Origin: an uncultured Chloroflexia bacterium
GTDB lineage: Bacteria > Chloroflexota > Limnocylindria > Limnocylindrales > CSP1-4
DNA: 64,000 nt
Assembly: GCA_963763775.1 (NCBI GenBank)
Contig: CAVXPZ010000001.1
Span: 576,451 to 640,450 of the forward strand
Reading direction: 5' to 3'
Shown here: positions 46,434-54,685 of the stretch, piece by piece
Numbering within the stretch: position 1 is the first letter of the stretch
Layout: each line of letters begins with the position of its first letter
Notes under the pieces: model-generated
Seen by the model: only the letters and a program-made list of their open reading frames with translations
What the model was told of the DNA's origin: nothing
Database searches by the model: none
Made by a program: the position numbers and the translations under genes

Positions 46434-47080
46434 CGGGCGCGCTTCTGCTTGGACCCCACCCGACCCGCCGCGCGATCCCCCGGCCTCGGCCGAGGGCGCG
46501 GCGCGGGCGCGCCACCGGGAGGACCGTCGTCGCGGCGCTCCCACGTCCCGCTCTTGCCGCCGGTCTTCGAGATGAGCCGGACCGCCCGGATCTCGACGCC
46601 GCGCTCGACCCCCTTGACCATGTCGTAGACGGTCAGCGCCGCGATCGAGGCGGCCGTCATGGCCTCCATCTCGACGCCGGTCGGCCCCGTGGTGGCGGCC
46701 TCCGCGCGGACGCGCAGCACGCCCTCGGCTCGGTCGGGGGTGATCGCCACGACGAGATCGGTCAGCGCGAGCGGGTGGCAGAGCGGGATGAGGTCACTGG
46801 TCCGCTTCGCCCCCATCACCCCGGCGAGCTCGGCCACACCGAGGACATCGCCCTTCGGGCCGCCGCCGTCGATCACCAGGCTCATCGTCTCGGGCGAGAC
46901 CGCGACAAGCGCCTCGGCGATGGCGCGTCGAGCCGTCGGCGGCTTGGCGGACACGTCCACCATCCGCGGCCGGCCGCTGCGGTCGACGTGCGTGAGGCGG
47001 CGGCGCTCGGTGCGCGGGGCTCGGTGTCCGTCGGGTCGCGGGTCCATCGGTCCTCCGGTCAGGGTCGGTCGAGCCACCAT
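46430..47080 (-). CDS. moaC: cyclic pyranopterin monophosphate synthase MoaC (with basic C-terminal tail)
   Basis: Motifs: MVDVSAK, DLIPLCHPL, TGVEMEAMTA, TGGKSG. The start could be 47080 or ATG 47047 (MDPRPDG). Confidence 0.85.
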   Translation of the reverse strand: MVARPTLTGGPMDPRPDGHRAPRTERRRLTHVDRSGRPRMVDVSAKPPTARRAIAEALVAVSPETMSLVIDGGGPKGDVLGVAELAGVMGAKRTSDLIPLCHPLALTDLVVAITPDRAEGVLRVRAEAATTGPTGVEMEAMTAASIAALTVYDMVKGVERGVEIRAVRLISKTGGKSGTWERRDDGPPGGAPAPRPRPRPGDRAAGRVGSKQKRAR

Positions 47081-48405
47081 AGCGCGACGTCGGCACCCGC
47101 GGGCAGCCCGGCGACATCCTCCGGGACGATCGCGAGCGCATCGGCGATCGCCAGCGCGGAGATCACGTGACTCCCCTGCCCTCGCGAGCCCCCGGCGAGA
47201 TGCACGTGCGCCCGGCCCGCCGCGTCACGGACGACGCCGCCATCCGCGTCGCGCTCGGCGACCACGCGGATGAACGCGCGCCGCCCTTCGCTCTTCGTGA
47301 CGGCTTCATCGAGGACGGCCCGGTCGGACGGCCGCAGCAGGTCGTGGCGGCCGCTGAGCGAGCGGATCGCCGGCCGCACGAAGAGCTCGAAGGTCACGGC
47401 GCTCGAGACGGGGTTCCCGGGCAGTCCGAGGATCAGCACGGGCCGGCCGCCAGTCCGCCGCGGCGCCGTCCCGAACGCGAAGGGTTTGCCGGGCTGGACC
47501 GCGACGCGCCAGAGGTCCACCGTCCCGATGGTCTCCATGGCGGTCTTGACCACGTCGAACGGCCCGACCGAGACGCCGCCGGACACGATGATCAGGTCAG
47601 CCCCGGCGTCGAGCGCCTGCTGGAGGCGGGCGAGCACGTCGTCGAGCACGTCCCGGGCGATCCCGAGGTCGATGACGTCCGCCCCCGCGGTCGTCGCGAG
47701 CGCGCGAAGGCTCGGGCCGTTCGCGTCGGGGATGCCGGCCGCCCCGAGCGGCTCGCCGGGACGCCGGACCTCGTCGCCCGTCGCCAGGACGGCCACGCGC
47801 GGCCGGCGGTGGACGTCGATCTCGTCGACGCCGGCGCCGGCAAGCAGGGCGACCATCGCGGCGCCGATGGGCGCCCCGGGCTCCGCCAGCACCGCGTCGG
47901 CGCGGAGGTCGCTGCCCTCGGGTCGGATCGAGCCACCCGGGGGCACCGCCTCGTGCACGAGGATCGCGGCCGGCAGCGGGCCGGCGGCCTCACGCCCTCG
48001 CGGGCCGGCGGCGTCCGCGGCGTCCAGCGGCGTCGTGGCCTCGACCGGGACGACCGCGTCGGAACCGTCCGGGACACGCGCGCCCGTCGCGATGCGGACG
48101 GCGGTCCCGGGCCGCACGGAGACATCGGGGGCGACGCCGGCGCGGACCTCGCCGACGACCGCGAGGCGTGCCGGCGCGTCCTCCGTCGCCGTCGTCGTGT
48201 CGGCCGCGACGATCGCATAGCCGTCCATCGCCGAGTTCGGCCACGGCGGGAGCGAGGTCCGCGCGACGACGGTCCGTGCGACGACTCGCCCGAGCGAATC
48301 GGTGACCAGGACACGCTCCGCCGGCAACGGGTCGGCCGCCGCCAGGACGCGGTCCCGCGCCGCCTCGACGCTGAGCATCCGACCGGCGCCAGCCGTGTTC
48401 ACCAT
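47059..48405 (-). CDS. moeA: molybdopterin molybdenumtransferase MoeA
   Basis: ATG 48405 overlaps the M50 stop (ATGGTGA). Motifs: PPWPNSAMDGYA, VSGGVSVG, QPGKPFAFG, LPGNPVSS. Confidence 0.85.
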   Translation of the reverse strand: MVNTAGAGRMLSVEAARDRVLAAADPLPAERVLVTDSLGRVVARTVVARTSLPPWPNSAMDGYAIVAADTTTATEDAPARLAVVGEVRAGVAPDVSVRPGTAVRIATGARVPDGSDAVVPVEATTPLDAADAAGPRGREAAGPLPAAILVHEAVPPGGSIRPEGSDLRADAVLAEPGAPIGAAMVALLAGAGVDEIDVHRRPRVAVLATGDEVRRPGEPLGAAGIPDANGPSLRALATTAGADVIDLGIARDVLDDVLARLQQALDAGADLIIVSGGVSVGPFDVVKTAMETIGTVDLWRVAVQPGKPFAFGTAPRRTGGRPVLILGLPGNPVSSAVTFELFVRPAIRSLSGRHDLLRPSDRAVLDEAVTKSEGRRAFIRVVAERDADGGVVRDAAGRAHVHLAGGSRGQGSHVISALAIADALAIVPEDVAGLPAGADVALWWLDRP

Positions 48406-49538
48406 CCGGCGATCCCCGACTCGGACGCGCGCGCCCGGAGCACGTCCGCGATGGACCGGCGCATGACCATCCCGGACAGCACGCCGTCCTCCACGACCGG
48501 CAGCCCGTCGAGGCTCGACCGCGCCAGGTCGTCGATCGCGGACTGGACCGTCGTCGCCGGCCCCACGATCGGCAGGGCATTCCCGCTCGACCATCACGTC
48601 CTCGACCCGCGTCGAGGCCCACCGGTCCGGTCGGACCTTGCGCAGCTGCCGGGCGCCGATGATCCCGAGCAGCTCGGTCCCGCGCATCACCGGGAGCGCC
48701 ATGGCCGCCGAGCCGCCGAGCACCTGGCTCGCGAACGTGTCGATGCTGAGGCCGGGCGAGACCGCCGCGACATCGCGGTCCATGACATCCCGGACGAACA
48801 GGCCGTCGAGGACCGCGTCGATCCCCGCGCGCCGTTCGACGCCGCGAGCCGTGGAGGTCAGGAACCACCCACCGAGGGCGATCATCAGCCCGTCGAGCGG
48901 CTCGAGCACGAAGATCCCGACCACCCCGAGGACGGCGATCACGAGCCCGACGGACCGCCCGACGGCCGCAGCCGACCCGAGGGCCGACCGTGCGTCGCCC
49001 GACCGCGCCCAGGCGATGGCCCGTACGACCCGGCCGCCGTCCAGCGGGTAGGCCGGCAGCAGGTTCAGCAGGCCGAGGGCGACATCCAGCGTCCCGACGA
49101 TGAGGGCGGTGCTGCCGACGGCGGTCGCGATCGGCGTGTCGGTGGCGTCCACCGCAGCGGCCACGACCAGCAACGCGGCACCGATGGCCAGGCTCGCGAG
49201 CGGTCCGGCGAGCGCGGCGGCGATCTCGTCGCGTGGACGCGTCGTCTCGAGCGCGGGCGTGGCGGCCGCGCCGAGGAAGTACACGACGACCGACGGTCGT
49301 CTTCGCGCCGCGACGCCTCGCCACGAGGGCGTGCGCCACCTCGTGGACGACGGCCGAGAGCAGGAACCCGACCGCGACCGCCACGCCGATGCCCCAACGC
49401 ATGGCCGTGGAGGTCACCGGGTCCACGACGCCGACCTGGGACGCGACGGTGACCACGATGAGCGCGAGGATGATCGCCCACGAGGCATGGACGCGGATCG
49501 AGAGGCCCGCGATGCGGCCGAGCGGGAACGTGCTCATC
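48399..49538 (-). pseudogene. M50 (site-2 protease family) metallopeptidase with C-terminal CBS pair, two frame breaks as assembled (~49290 and ~48583)
   Basis: MSTFPLGRIAGLSIRVH...VVHEVAHALVARRRGAKTT is followed by a break, then VVYFLGAAATP...LLPAYPLDGGRV...CBS (VRDVMDRDVAAV...RVEDVMVER), then a second break, then an adjacent frame NALPIVGPATTVQSAIDDLARSSLDGLPVVEDGVLSGMVMRRSI...GIAGW and a stop at 48401-48399. Confidence 0.8.
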
Positions 49539-50230
49539 CGGGCGCCGGGGCGATCGCCGCCGCGTCGGCCGCCGCGATCGGCGCCGGTGCGTCGCTCGCG
49601 GCGCGACGCGATGAACGCCACGATCACGCACAGCGCGAGGATCACGATCCCGACGACGATGGCGGTCTCCTGCCAGAACTCGAACGGGAAGAGCTGGACG
49701 AGGCGGTCCTTCGAAGGGTCGAACGTGTAGGAGCCCGCCGGGAAGAAGAGCTCGTGGAACGTCTCGAACAGGGTGTCGAAGGCGACGAGCGCCACGATCC
49801 CGAGCGCCACGACCCCCACCGCGAGCACCTTCGCGCCGCGTCGGACCGCCCGCCAGAGCCGGCCGCGATCGCGGACGCGCCAGCCCGCCACCGCGAGGAC
49901 GACCAGCGAGACGGCCGCGGCGACGTACAGCGCGGCGAAGACATTCCGCACGTCACGCATGTGCGCCCGTTCGCGCTCCTCGAGGACCGGGACGCCACCG
50001 ATCTGGACGTCGAAGGCCGGCGGCCCGATCACCAGGTCGGCGAGGATGGCGTCGGTCGCGGTTCGGAGGTCCGCCGTGGCGAAGCCCGTCCACGCCTGTG
50101 CCTGGGCGCGGTCCTGCTCGAAGCCGACCCACGCCGGGCTCAGGAACGGGATGATCGAGGCGGCGATGATCACGAGCATCGTCGCGACGCCGACCGCGAC
50201 CGAGGTGGCGCGACCGCCGAGGCTACTCAC
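49535..50230 (-). CDS. TIGR01906/DUF1461-like integral membrane protein
   Basis: GTG 50230 (VSSLGGRATSVAVGVATMLVIIAASIIPFLSPAW...HMRDVRNVF...FHELFFPAGSYTFD). As assembled, there is no stop before the M50 ATG in the same frame. The adjacent frame ends ...AAIAPAPG-TGA at 49537-49535, overlapping that ATG. Confidence 0.6.
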
Positions 50231-50258
50231 CGGGTCATCGTAGCCCGAACGGCTCGGA

Positions 50259-50648
50259 TCACTCGTCCTCGAGCGTCCTCGCCTGGTCCCACCAGCCCTC
50301 CATCGTGAGGTCGCTGGGCGGGTCGGTCCCCAGCTCGTCGGCGGCGACGCGGAGGCGGGACCGGAAGTCATCGAGCGAGAGGTCGAGGATGGCGCGCAGG
50401 CCCTCGATCCCGGCCTGGATGAACAGCTGGTGCTCGTCGGGCCCGAAGCTCGCGAGGTTGAGCATCAGGGCCTCGTCGCGCCACATCAGCACGTCGTTCG
50501 TCGTGGCCGCCAGCTGGTCCGCGAGCGTCTGGCGTCGCGTCGGCGTCTCGGAGACCTCGAGGAGCAGCCCGGTGGTGAAGATGCCCTGGTGGTCGAGGCG
50601 GGCGAGGTGGACGGGCTCGATGCGCGTCAGTTCGTCGATCGGTGGCAT
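50259..50648 (-). CDS. DUF4332-like protein
   Basis: ATG 50648 (MPPIDELTRIEPVHLARLDHQGIFTTGLLLE...). 130 aa with an HhH-like opening. The upstream part of ORF 50259..50963 is nonsense. Confidence 0.55.
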   Translation of the reverse strand: MPPIDELTRIEPVHLARLDHQGIFTTGLLLEVSETPTRRQTLADQLAATTNDVLMWRDEALMLNLASFGPDEHQLFIQAGIEGLRAILDLSLDDFRSRLRVAADELGTDPPSDLTMEGWWDQARTLEDE

Positions 50649-50760
50649 GCGCGGATGATGCCATGCGCCGACCCGTGCACGCGCGACGTGCGAGACCGCC
50701 GGGAGAGGACCGACCCCGCAGCGCTCGCTGCGGGGTCGGTGGGACGTGGAGCTGGCGCGG

Positions 50761-51204
50761 TCAGCCGCCGCCCCCGCCGCCCCCGGGGTTGTCGCAGTCG
50801 ACCTGGAACACCTTCGACTTCGCCTTCGTGTCCGGCTGGCCGTCCTTGCCGTACATCGTGGTCTTGTACATCCCGGTGCCGAGCTCGATCCCACGCACGA
50901 TCGCGTAGCCGTCCGCGTCCGCCGGCCCGAACGGCAGCGGCGCGCTGTCGAGACCGGTCCCACTCTGCACCGAGAACACGACGGACCCCGACTGACCGGG
51001 ATCGAGCCCGAAGGCCTCCAGACTGAACCCGCAGCCGACCTTCGGCTCGTTGTTCATCGTGCCTTCCGGCGATGTGGCCTCGGCGACCTTCACGGTGCCG
51101 TTGTTGCCGGCCATCGCGCCGCCGGCCGTGACGGCGAAGACCATCGTCGCGACCGCGATCGCACCAACGAGCCTCCCCGTCCTGCGTGCCGTGGTATCGA
51201 GCAT
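50761..51204 (-). CDS. small secreted protein ending in a hepta-glycine tail, unknown function
   Basis: ATG 51204 has GGAGG 8 nt upstream. The signal peptide is MLDTTARRTGRLVGAIAVATMVFAVTAGGAMA. The mature part is GNNGTVKV...NEPKVGCGFSLEAFGLD... and ends ...VDCDNPGGGGGGG. Confidence 0.6.
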   Translation of the reverse strand: MLDTTARRTGRLVGAIAVATMVFAVTAGGAMAGNNGTVKVAEATSPEGTMNNEPKVGCGFSLEAFGLDPGQSGSVVFSVQSGTGLDSAPLPFGPADADGYAIVRGIELGTGMYKTTMYGKDGQPDTKAKSKVFQVDCDNPGGGGGGG

Positions 51205-51535
51205 GCTGACCTCCAACCCCCGGATGTCAGCGATGGCGCCTGCGATCATCGCGCGCTCACCATCGCTCGCCCGCCACGATGTCGGCGACGTCACCCGCCG
51301 TCGATGCGACTGTCGGGGCGTTCGGTGCCTCCGCGCACCCGACTTGGGTCCGGGCCACCCGTCCCGCGGTCGGCTCTCCGTCGAGCCCACGGCCGCGGCC
51401 TGAGGCCACTGCGGTGCAGTGACGGGCGGAACGGATGGGTAGGGCGACCCCGGACGATGGTCCGGCGGTCGGTCGGGCTGCACGCCCGGTACCGTCACAC
51501 CTGGACCCCCCGCCCACCGCTATCGGAGTGTTTCC

Positions 51536-52435
51536 TTGCCCGCCCGTCGACCCTTTGCCCTCGCGCTGACCGCTGCCGCGATCGCGCTGCTCGCCCTCGT
51601 TCCGGCGTCCGTCTCGGCCGCGAGCTCCGTCGTGGAGTGCGGCCAGCTCGCGGCGTACACCGCGCCGGATCCCCTCGGACCGACCGACGGCAGCGTCCAG
51701 CTGGGCCTCTCGGACACGTGGACCATCAACGCCGACGCGACGCTTTCCGCCGAGGCGGCCGCCGCGCTGCCGAGCGGCTCGGGCAACGGCCCCACCTGCC
51801 TGGCGATGGACCTCGACGACAGCGGCCACGTCACGGCGCTCGACTTCTCGCCGACCGGCAGCCTGAGCGGGCACGTCGCGTTCGATTCGGGCTCGGGGTA
51901 CTACATCCTCGCGGGTCGGCTCATCGTCCCGACCTTCGTGACCGACGCCAACCCGGGCCTCGCGGCCCTGTTCGTGCCGAGCTACCAGGCCGGCACGGTC
52001 CTGACGATCTCGTTCACGGTCGACACGACCAGCGGCGGCTTCACCGGCTTCGACGGGCATGCCGCGTTCTGCGGCAAGGGCAGCGTCACGTCGGGCGGCG
52101 ACGGGAAGGTCGGGAAGGCCATCATCCCGGCGTCGGTGCTCGACGCCGCTGACATCAAGGCCCTCAAGGGCGCCGGCAGCCGCACGACGTGCGCCACCGT
52201 GCACTCGGTCGGGACGATCGACGCCCAGACCGGGGCACTCAACATCACGACGAACGTGTCGATCAAGGTCGCCGCGGCCGGCGCCACGATCACGCCGCCA
52301 CCGACCTACACCGACGCCGCGGCGGTCGCGCCGGCAGCGGGATCGGGCGCGCCGATCGTGGCGTGGCTGACGGTCGTCTTCTCCGTCGCCCTCGCGCTTG
52401 CCGCCCGCCACGGCCGAGCGCGGTCCAGGTCATGA
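51536..52435 (+). CDS. secreted protein with C-terminal hydrophobic anchor and basic tail, unknown function
   Basis: TTG 51536 has GGAG 9 nt upstream. The signal peptide is ...ALLALVPASVSA. The C-terminus is ...GSGAPIVAWLTVVFSVALALAARHGRARSRS. Confidence 0.6.
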   Translation: MPARRPFALALTAAAIALLALVPASVSAASSVVECGQLAAYTAPDPLGPTDGSVQLGLSDTWTINADATLSAEAAAALPSGSGNGPTCLAMDLDDSGHVTALDFSPTGSLSGHVAFDSGSGYYILAGRLIVPTFVTDANPGLAALFVPSYQAGTVLTISFTVDTTSGGFTGFDGHAAFCGKGSVTSGGDGKVGKAIIPASVLDAADIKALKGAGSRTTCATVHSVGTIDAQTGALNITTNVSIKVAAAGATITPPPTYTDAAAVAPAAGSGAPIVAWLTVVFSVALALAARHGRARSRS

Positions 52436-52518
52436 CCGTGACCATGGGACCATCCCCAACGGCGTCCAGGCCCGTCATCATGGACGAGCATTCATCTCAC
52501 TCGCGCTAGGAGACCGCG

Positions 52519-52701
52519 TTGACAGCCCTCTATCTCCGCGTCATGGACCTCGTCAGCCGCGCTGACGACGACGACCGCGGGCAGGGACTGGCGGAGTACG
52601 CCCTCATCCTCGCCCTGATCGCGATCGTCGCGATCATCGCCCTCATCTTCCTCGGTGGACAGGTGAGCAAGATCCTGAGCACGGTCGGCAAGTCGATCTA
52701 G
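52519..52701 (+). CDS. flp: Flp/Fap-family type IVb (Tad) prepilin
   Basis: 60 aa with AGGAG 6-7 nt upstream of TTG 52519. It has the G/xxxxEY processing motif (DRG-QGLAEYALILALIAIVAIIALIFLG). Confidence 0.8.
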   Translation: MTALYLRVMDLVSRADDDDRGQGLAEYALILALIAIVAIIALIFLGGQVSKILSTVGKSI

Positions 52702-52721
52702 GATCGGCTTCCGCCACACCG

Positions 52722-52751
52722 AACGGCCCGCCGGACCCCGGCGGGCCGTTT
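52722..52751. terminator. bidirectional rho-independent-type hairpin
   Basis: aacggcccgccgg-acc-ccggcgggccgtt is a perfect 13-bp stem followed by t. It sits between the flp stop (52701) and the convergent gene stop (52781). Confidence 0.6.
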
Positions 52752-52780
52752 CGTGTCCGGCTCACGACGGCTCGAGCGCC

Positions 52781-53137
52781 CTAGCCCACGGAGTACTCGC
52801 CGTCCCAGTGCCAGACCGAGTCGGGGTCCTTCGCGTCGCCGACCACGGTCACGTCGACGTCGAGCTTGAAGCCCTCGAGCACGCCGGTCCCGGTCCGGAA
52901 CGAACACTTGGCGAGGACCGGGCCGGCCGGCTGATTCCAGTCGCAGACGCCCGTCGTGCTGCCGCCGGGAACCTCCATCGATGGATAGGCCAAGCCATCC
53001 GAGCCGTCGCCGTTCACGGTGTAGGTGATCTTCGTGCCGGAGGGGATGCGATCGAACGTGGAGGTCGAGACCGTGCAGAGCAGGTCGTTCTCGCAGGTCT
53101 TGGTCAACCCGAAGTCCAGGGTTCCAGCCGACGTCAT
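52781..53137 (-). CDS. Cys-rich 118-aa protein, unknown function
   Basis: ATG 53137 has GGGAGG 7 nt upstream. GC3 is high, there is no signal peptide, and it has 5 Cys. The C-terminus is RTGTGVLEGFKLDVDVTVVGD...WHWDGEYSVG. Confidence 0.5.
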   Translation of the reverse strand: MTSAGTLDFGLTKTCENDLLCTVSTSTFDRIPSGTKITYTVNGDGSDGLAYPSMEVPGGSTTGVCDWNQPAGPVLAKCSFRTGTGVLEGFKLDVDVTVVGDAKDPDSVWHWDGEYSVG

Positions 53138-53260
53138 GGCGTTGCCTCCCAGCGCGACCCTCGGGTTCGTCGCCGGAGCGTGGTCCGACGCGCTACCTGA
53201 ACGGGACGACGAAGCGTGCCGCAGCGTCGACAGCCTACGGCCGGGCCGTTCTCCCGCCGT

Positions 53261-53704
53261 TCAGCTCTCGCCCGCCATCGGCGTCTCGAGGTCGCAGTGC
53301 ACCGCATCGGGCGGTGGCGCGCCGCCATCTCCCCACGGCCCGGCGATGCACGAGACATAGAAGGCTCGGACCGTAGCGTCGGCGAGCCGGATCACCACGA
53401 TCGCGTCGCCGCCCGCCGTTCCTCGCGTGTGCAGGATGTGGCCGCCGTCGGCCGTGCGAAAGTCGGGCCGGTAGACCTCGATGGAGGACACGGGCGCGTG
53501 GCCCGGGGCGCGCTCATCGAGCGTGGCGGTCCCGAACGCCGTCAGGCCGTCGCAGAGCCAGTCGCCGACGACGGCGTCCGTGCACTGGCGGTCCCCGATG
53601 GGATACCCGTCGACGTACGACCGACCGCCGCACGCGCCGACGAGCAGCAGGGCGCCGACGAGCGACACCAGCCTCGCGATGCGGATCGACCGAACGAGCC
53701 CCAC
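53261..53704 (-). CDS. lipoprotein, unknown function
   Basis: 147 aa with lipobox LLLVGAC and several Cys in the mature part. Confidence 0.55.
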   Translation of the reverse strand: MGLVRSIRIARLVSLVGALLLVGACGGRSYVDGYPIGDRQCTDAVVGDWLCDGLTAFGTATLDERAPGHAPVSSIEVYRPDFRTADGGHILHTRGTAGGDAIVVIRLADATVRAFYVSCIAGPWGDGGAPPPDAVHCDLETPMAGES

Positions 53705-53779
53705 GCCGCGAGGCTAGCGGTTCCGTGGCTCGACGGGCGATGACCCACAAGTCATCGCCCGCTCAGCAGCTGACGCGAG

Positions 53780-54067
53780 CTAGGTGCCCCGGTAGTAGCT
53801 GTCGACCTGCTTCCGGCCGGCGAACGCGCCGACGCCCCATGTCCCGAGGTCGAGGAGGAGGGTGCAACCGAGGAAGATCCAGTCGAGCAAGCTCAGGCCG
53901 TTCAACTGGACGATCCCGTACACGAGGGTCGTCCACGGGATGAACAGGAACCCGCCGAGGAACCAGATCGGGGAGCTGAACAGGTTGGACCAGTAGTTCT
54001 GGTCGTTCTGCCAGGCGACGAGGAGGATGAACCGGGGCAGGATCGCCCCGAAGATCGCCATCATCAT
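53780..54067 (-). CDS. small three-TM membrane protein, unknown function
   Basis: A triple ATG at 54067-54059 opens MMMAIFGAILPRFILLVAWQ...WFLGGFLFIPWTTLVYGIV...DWIFLGCTLLLDLGTWGVG. Confidence 0.5.
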   Translation of the reverse strand: MMMAIFGAILPRFILLVAWQNDQNYWSNLFSSPIWFLGGFLFIPWTTLVYGIVQLNGLSLLDWIFLGCTLLLDLGTWGVGAFAGRKQVDSYYRGT

Positions 54068-54236
54068 GAGACGCACCTCACTGAGCGACCCCGGGGTCGA
54101 TGGGCTCGGCAACGGGGTGACCGTCGCCACAGTACAGCCCGCTGGCAAGCGTCCGTCGCGTTCCTTCGTCGTCGTGACGTCATGATCCGGCCCTATCGTT
54201 CGTGACGAGATGCTGCACGACCGTGAGGAAACGACC

Positions 54237-54656
54237 ATGACCACCACCGACAAGCCCACGACGCCGACCACGAACGACGACTGGCGAGCGACGCTCACAC
54301 CGATCCAGTACCGCGTGCTGCGCGAGAAGGGCACCGAACCGCCGTTCAGCGGCGAGCTCTGGGACGACCACCGCTCGGGCACGTTCCGCTGCGCCGGGTG
54401 CGGTGCCCCGCTCTTCCGCTCTGATGCCAAGTACGACTCGGGGACGGGCTGGCCGAGCTTCTTCGCGCCGGCCGACCGCGACGGGGTGCTGACCGCGACC
54501 GACCGGACCTACGGGATGACGCGGACCGAGGCGATGTGCGCCAACTGCGGCGGCCACCTCGGCCACGTCTTCGACGACGGCCCGAACCCCACGGGCCTGC
54601 GCTACTGCATCAACTCGGCGGCCCTCACGATGGAGCCCGATCCGGCGCCTGAGTGA
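54237..54656 (+). CDS. msrB: peptide-methionine (R)-S-oxide reductase
   Basis: Motifs: CAGCGAPLF...GWPSF...[16 protein letters not shown]...RYCINS. ATG 54237 is preceded by GAGGA. Confidence 0.9.
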   Translation: MTTTDKPTTPTTNDDWRATLTPIQYRVLREKGTEPPFSGELWDDHRSGTFRCAGCGAPLFRSDAKYDSGTGWPSFFAPADRDGVLTATDRTYGMTRTEAMCANCGGHLGHVFDDGPNPTGLRYCINSAALTMEPDPAPE

Positions 54657-54685
54657 CCAGCGGAGCGACAGGTCCAGCCGCTGCT

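Noticed and set aside
46430-47080. The MoaC C-terminal basic tail (…PRPRPRPGDRAAGRVGSKQKRAR) as evidence of another frame break or fusion
   Set aside because: The frame ends with a stop that overlaps the moaB GTG in the operon's usual GTGA style. No alternative frame gives a better MoaC end. It is most simply a short disordered tail.
51205-51535. Riboswitch (e.g. c-di-AMP/ydaO-type) in the 331-bp divergent region between the two secreted-protein genes
   Set aside because: Some local complementarity exists (gtgacgg / ccgtcac), but I cannot match any riboswitch consensus by eye. A covariance-model scan is needed before any claim.
50761-54067. Complete Tad/Flp pilus locus
   Set aside because: Only the pilin gene is present. 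No TadA/CpaF ATPase, TadB/C, secretin or prepilin peptidase was seen in any frame of the window.
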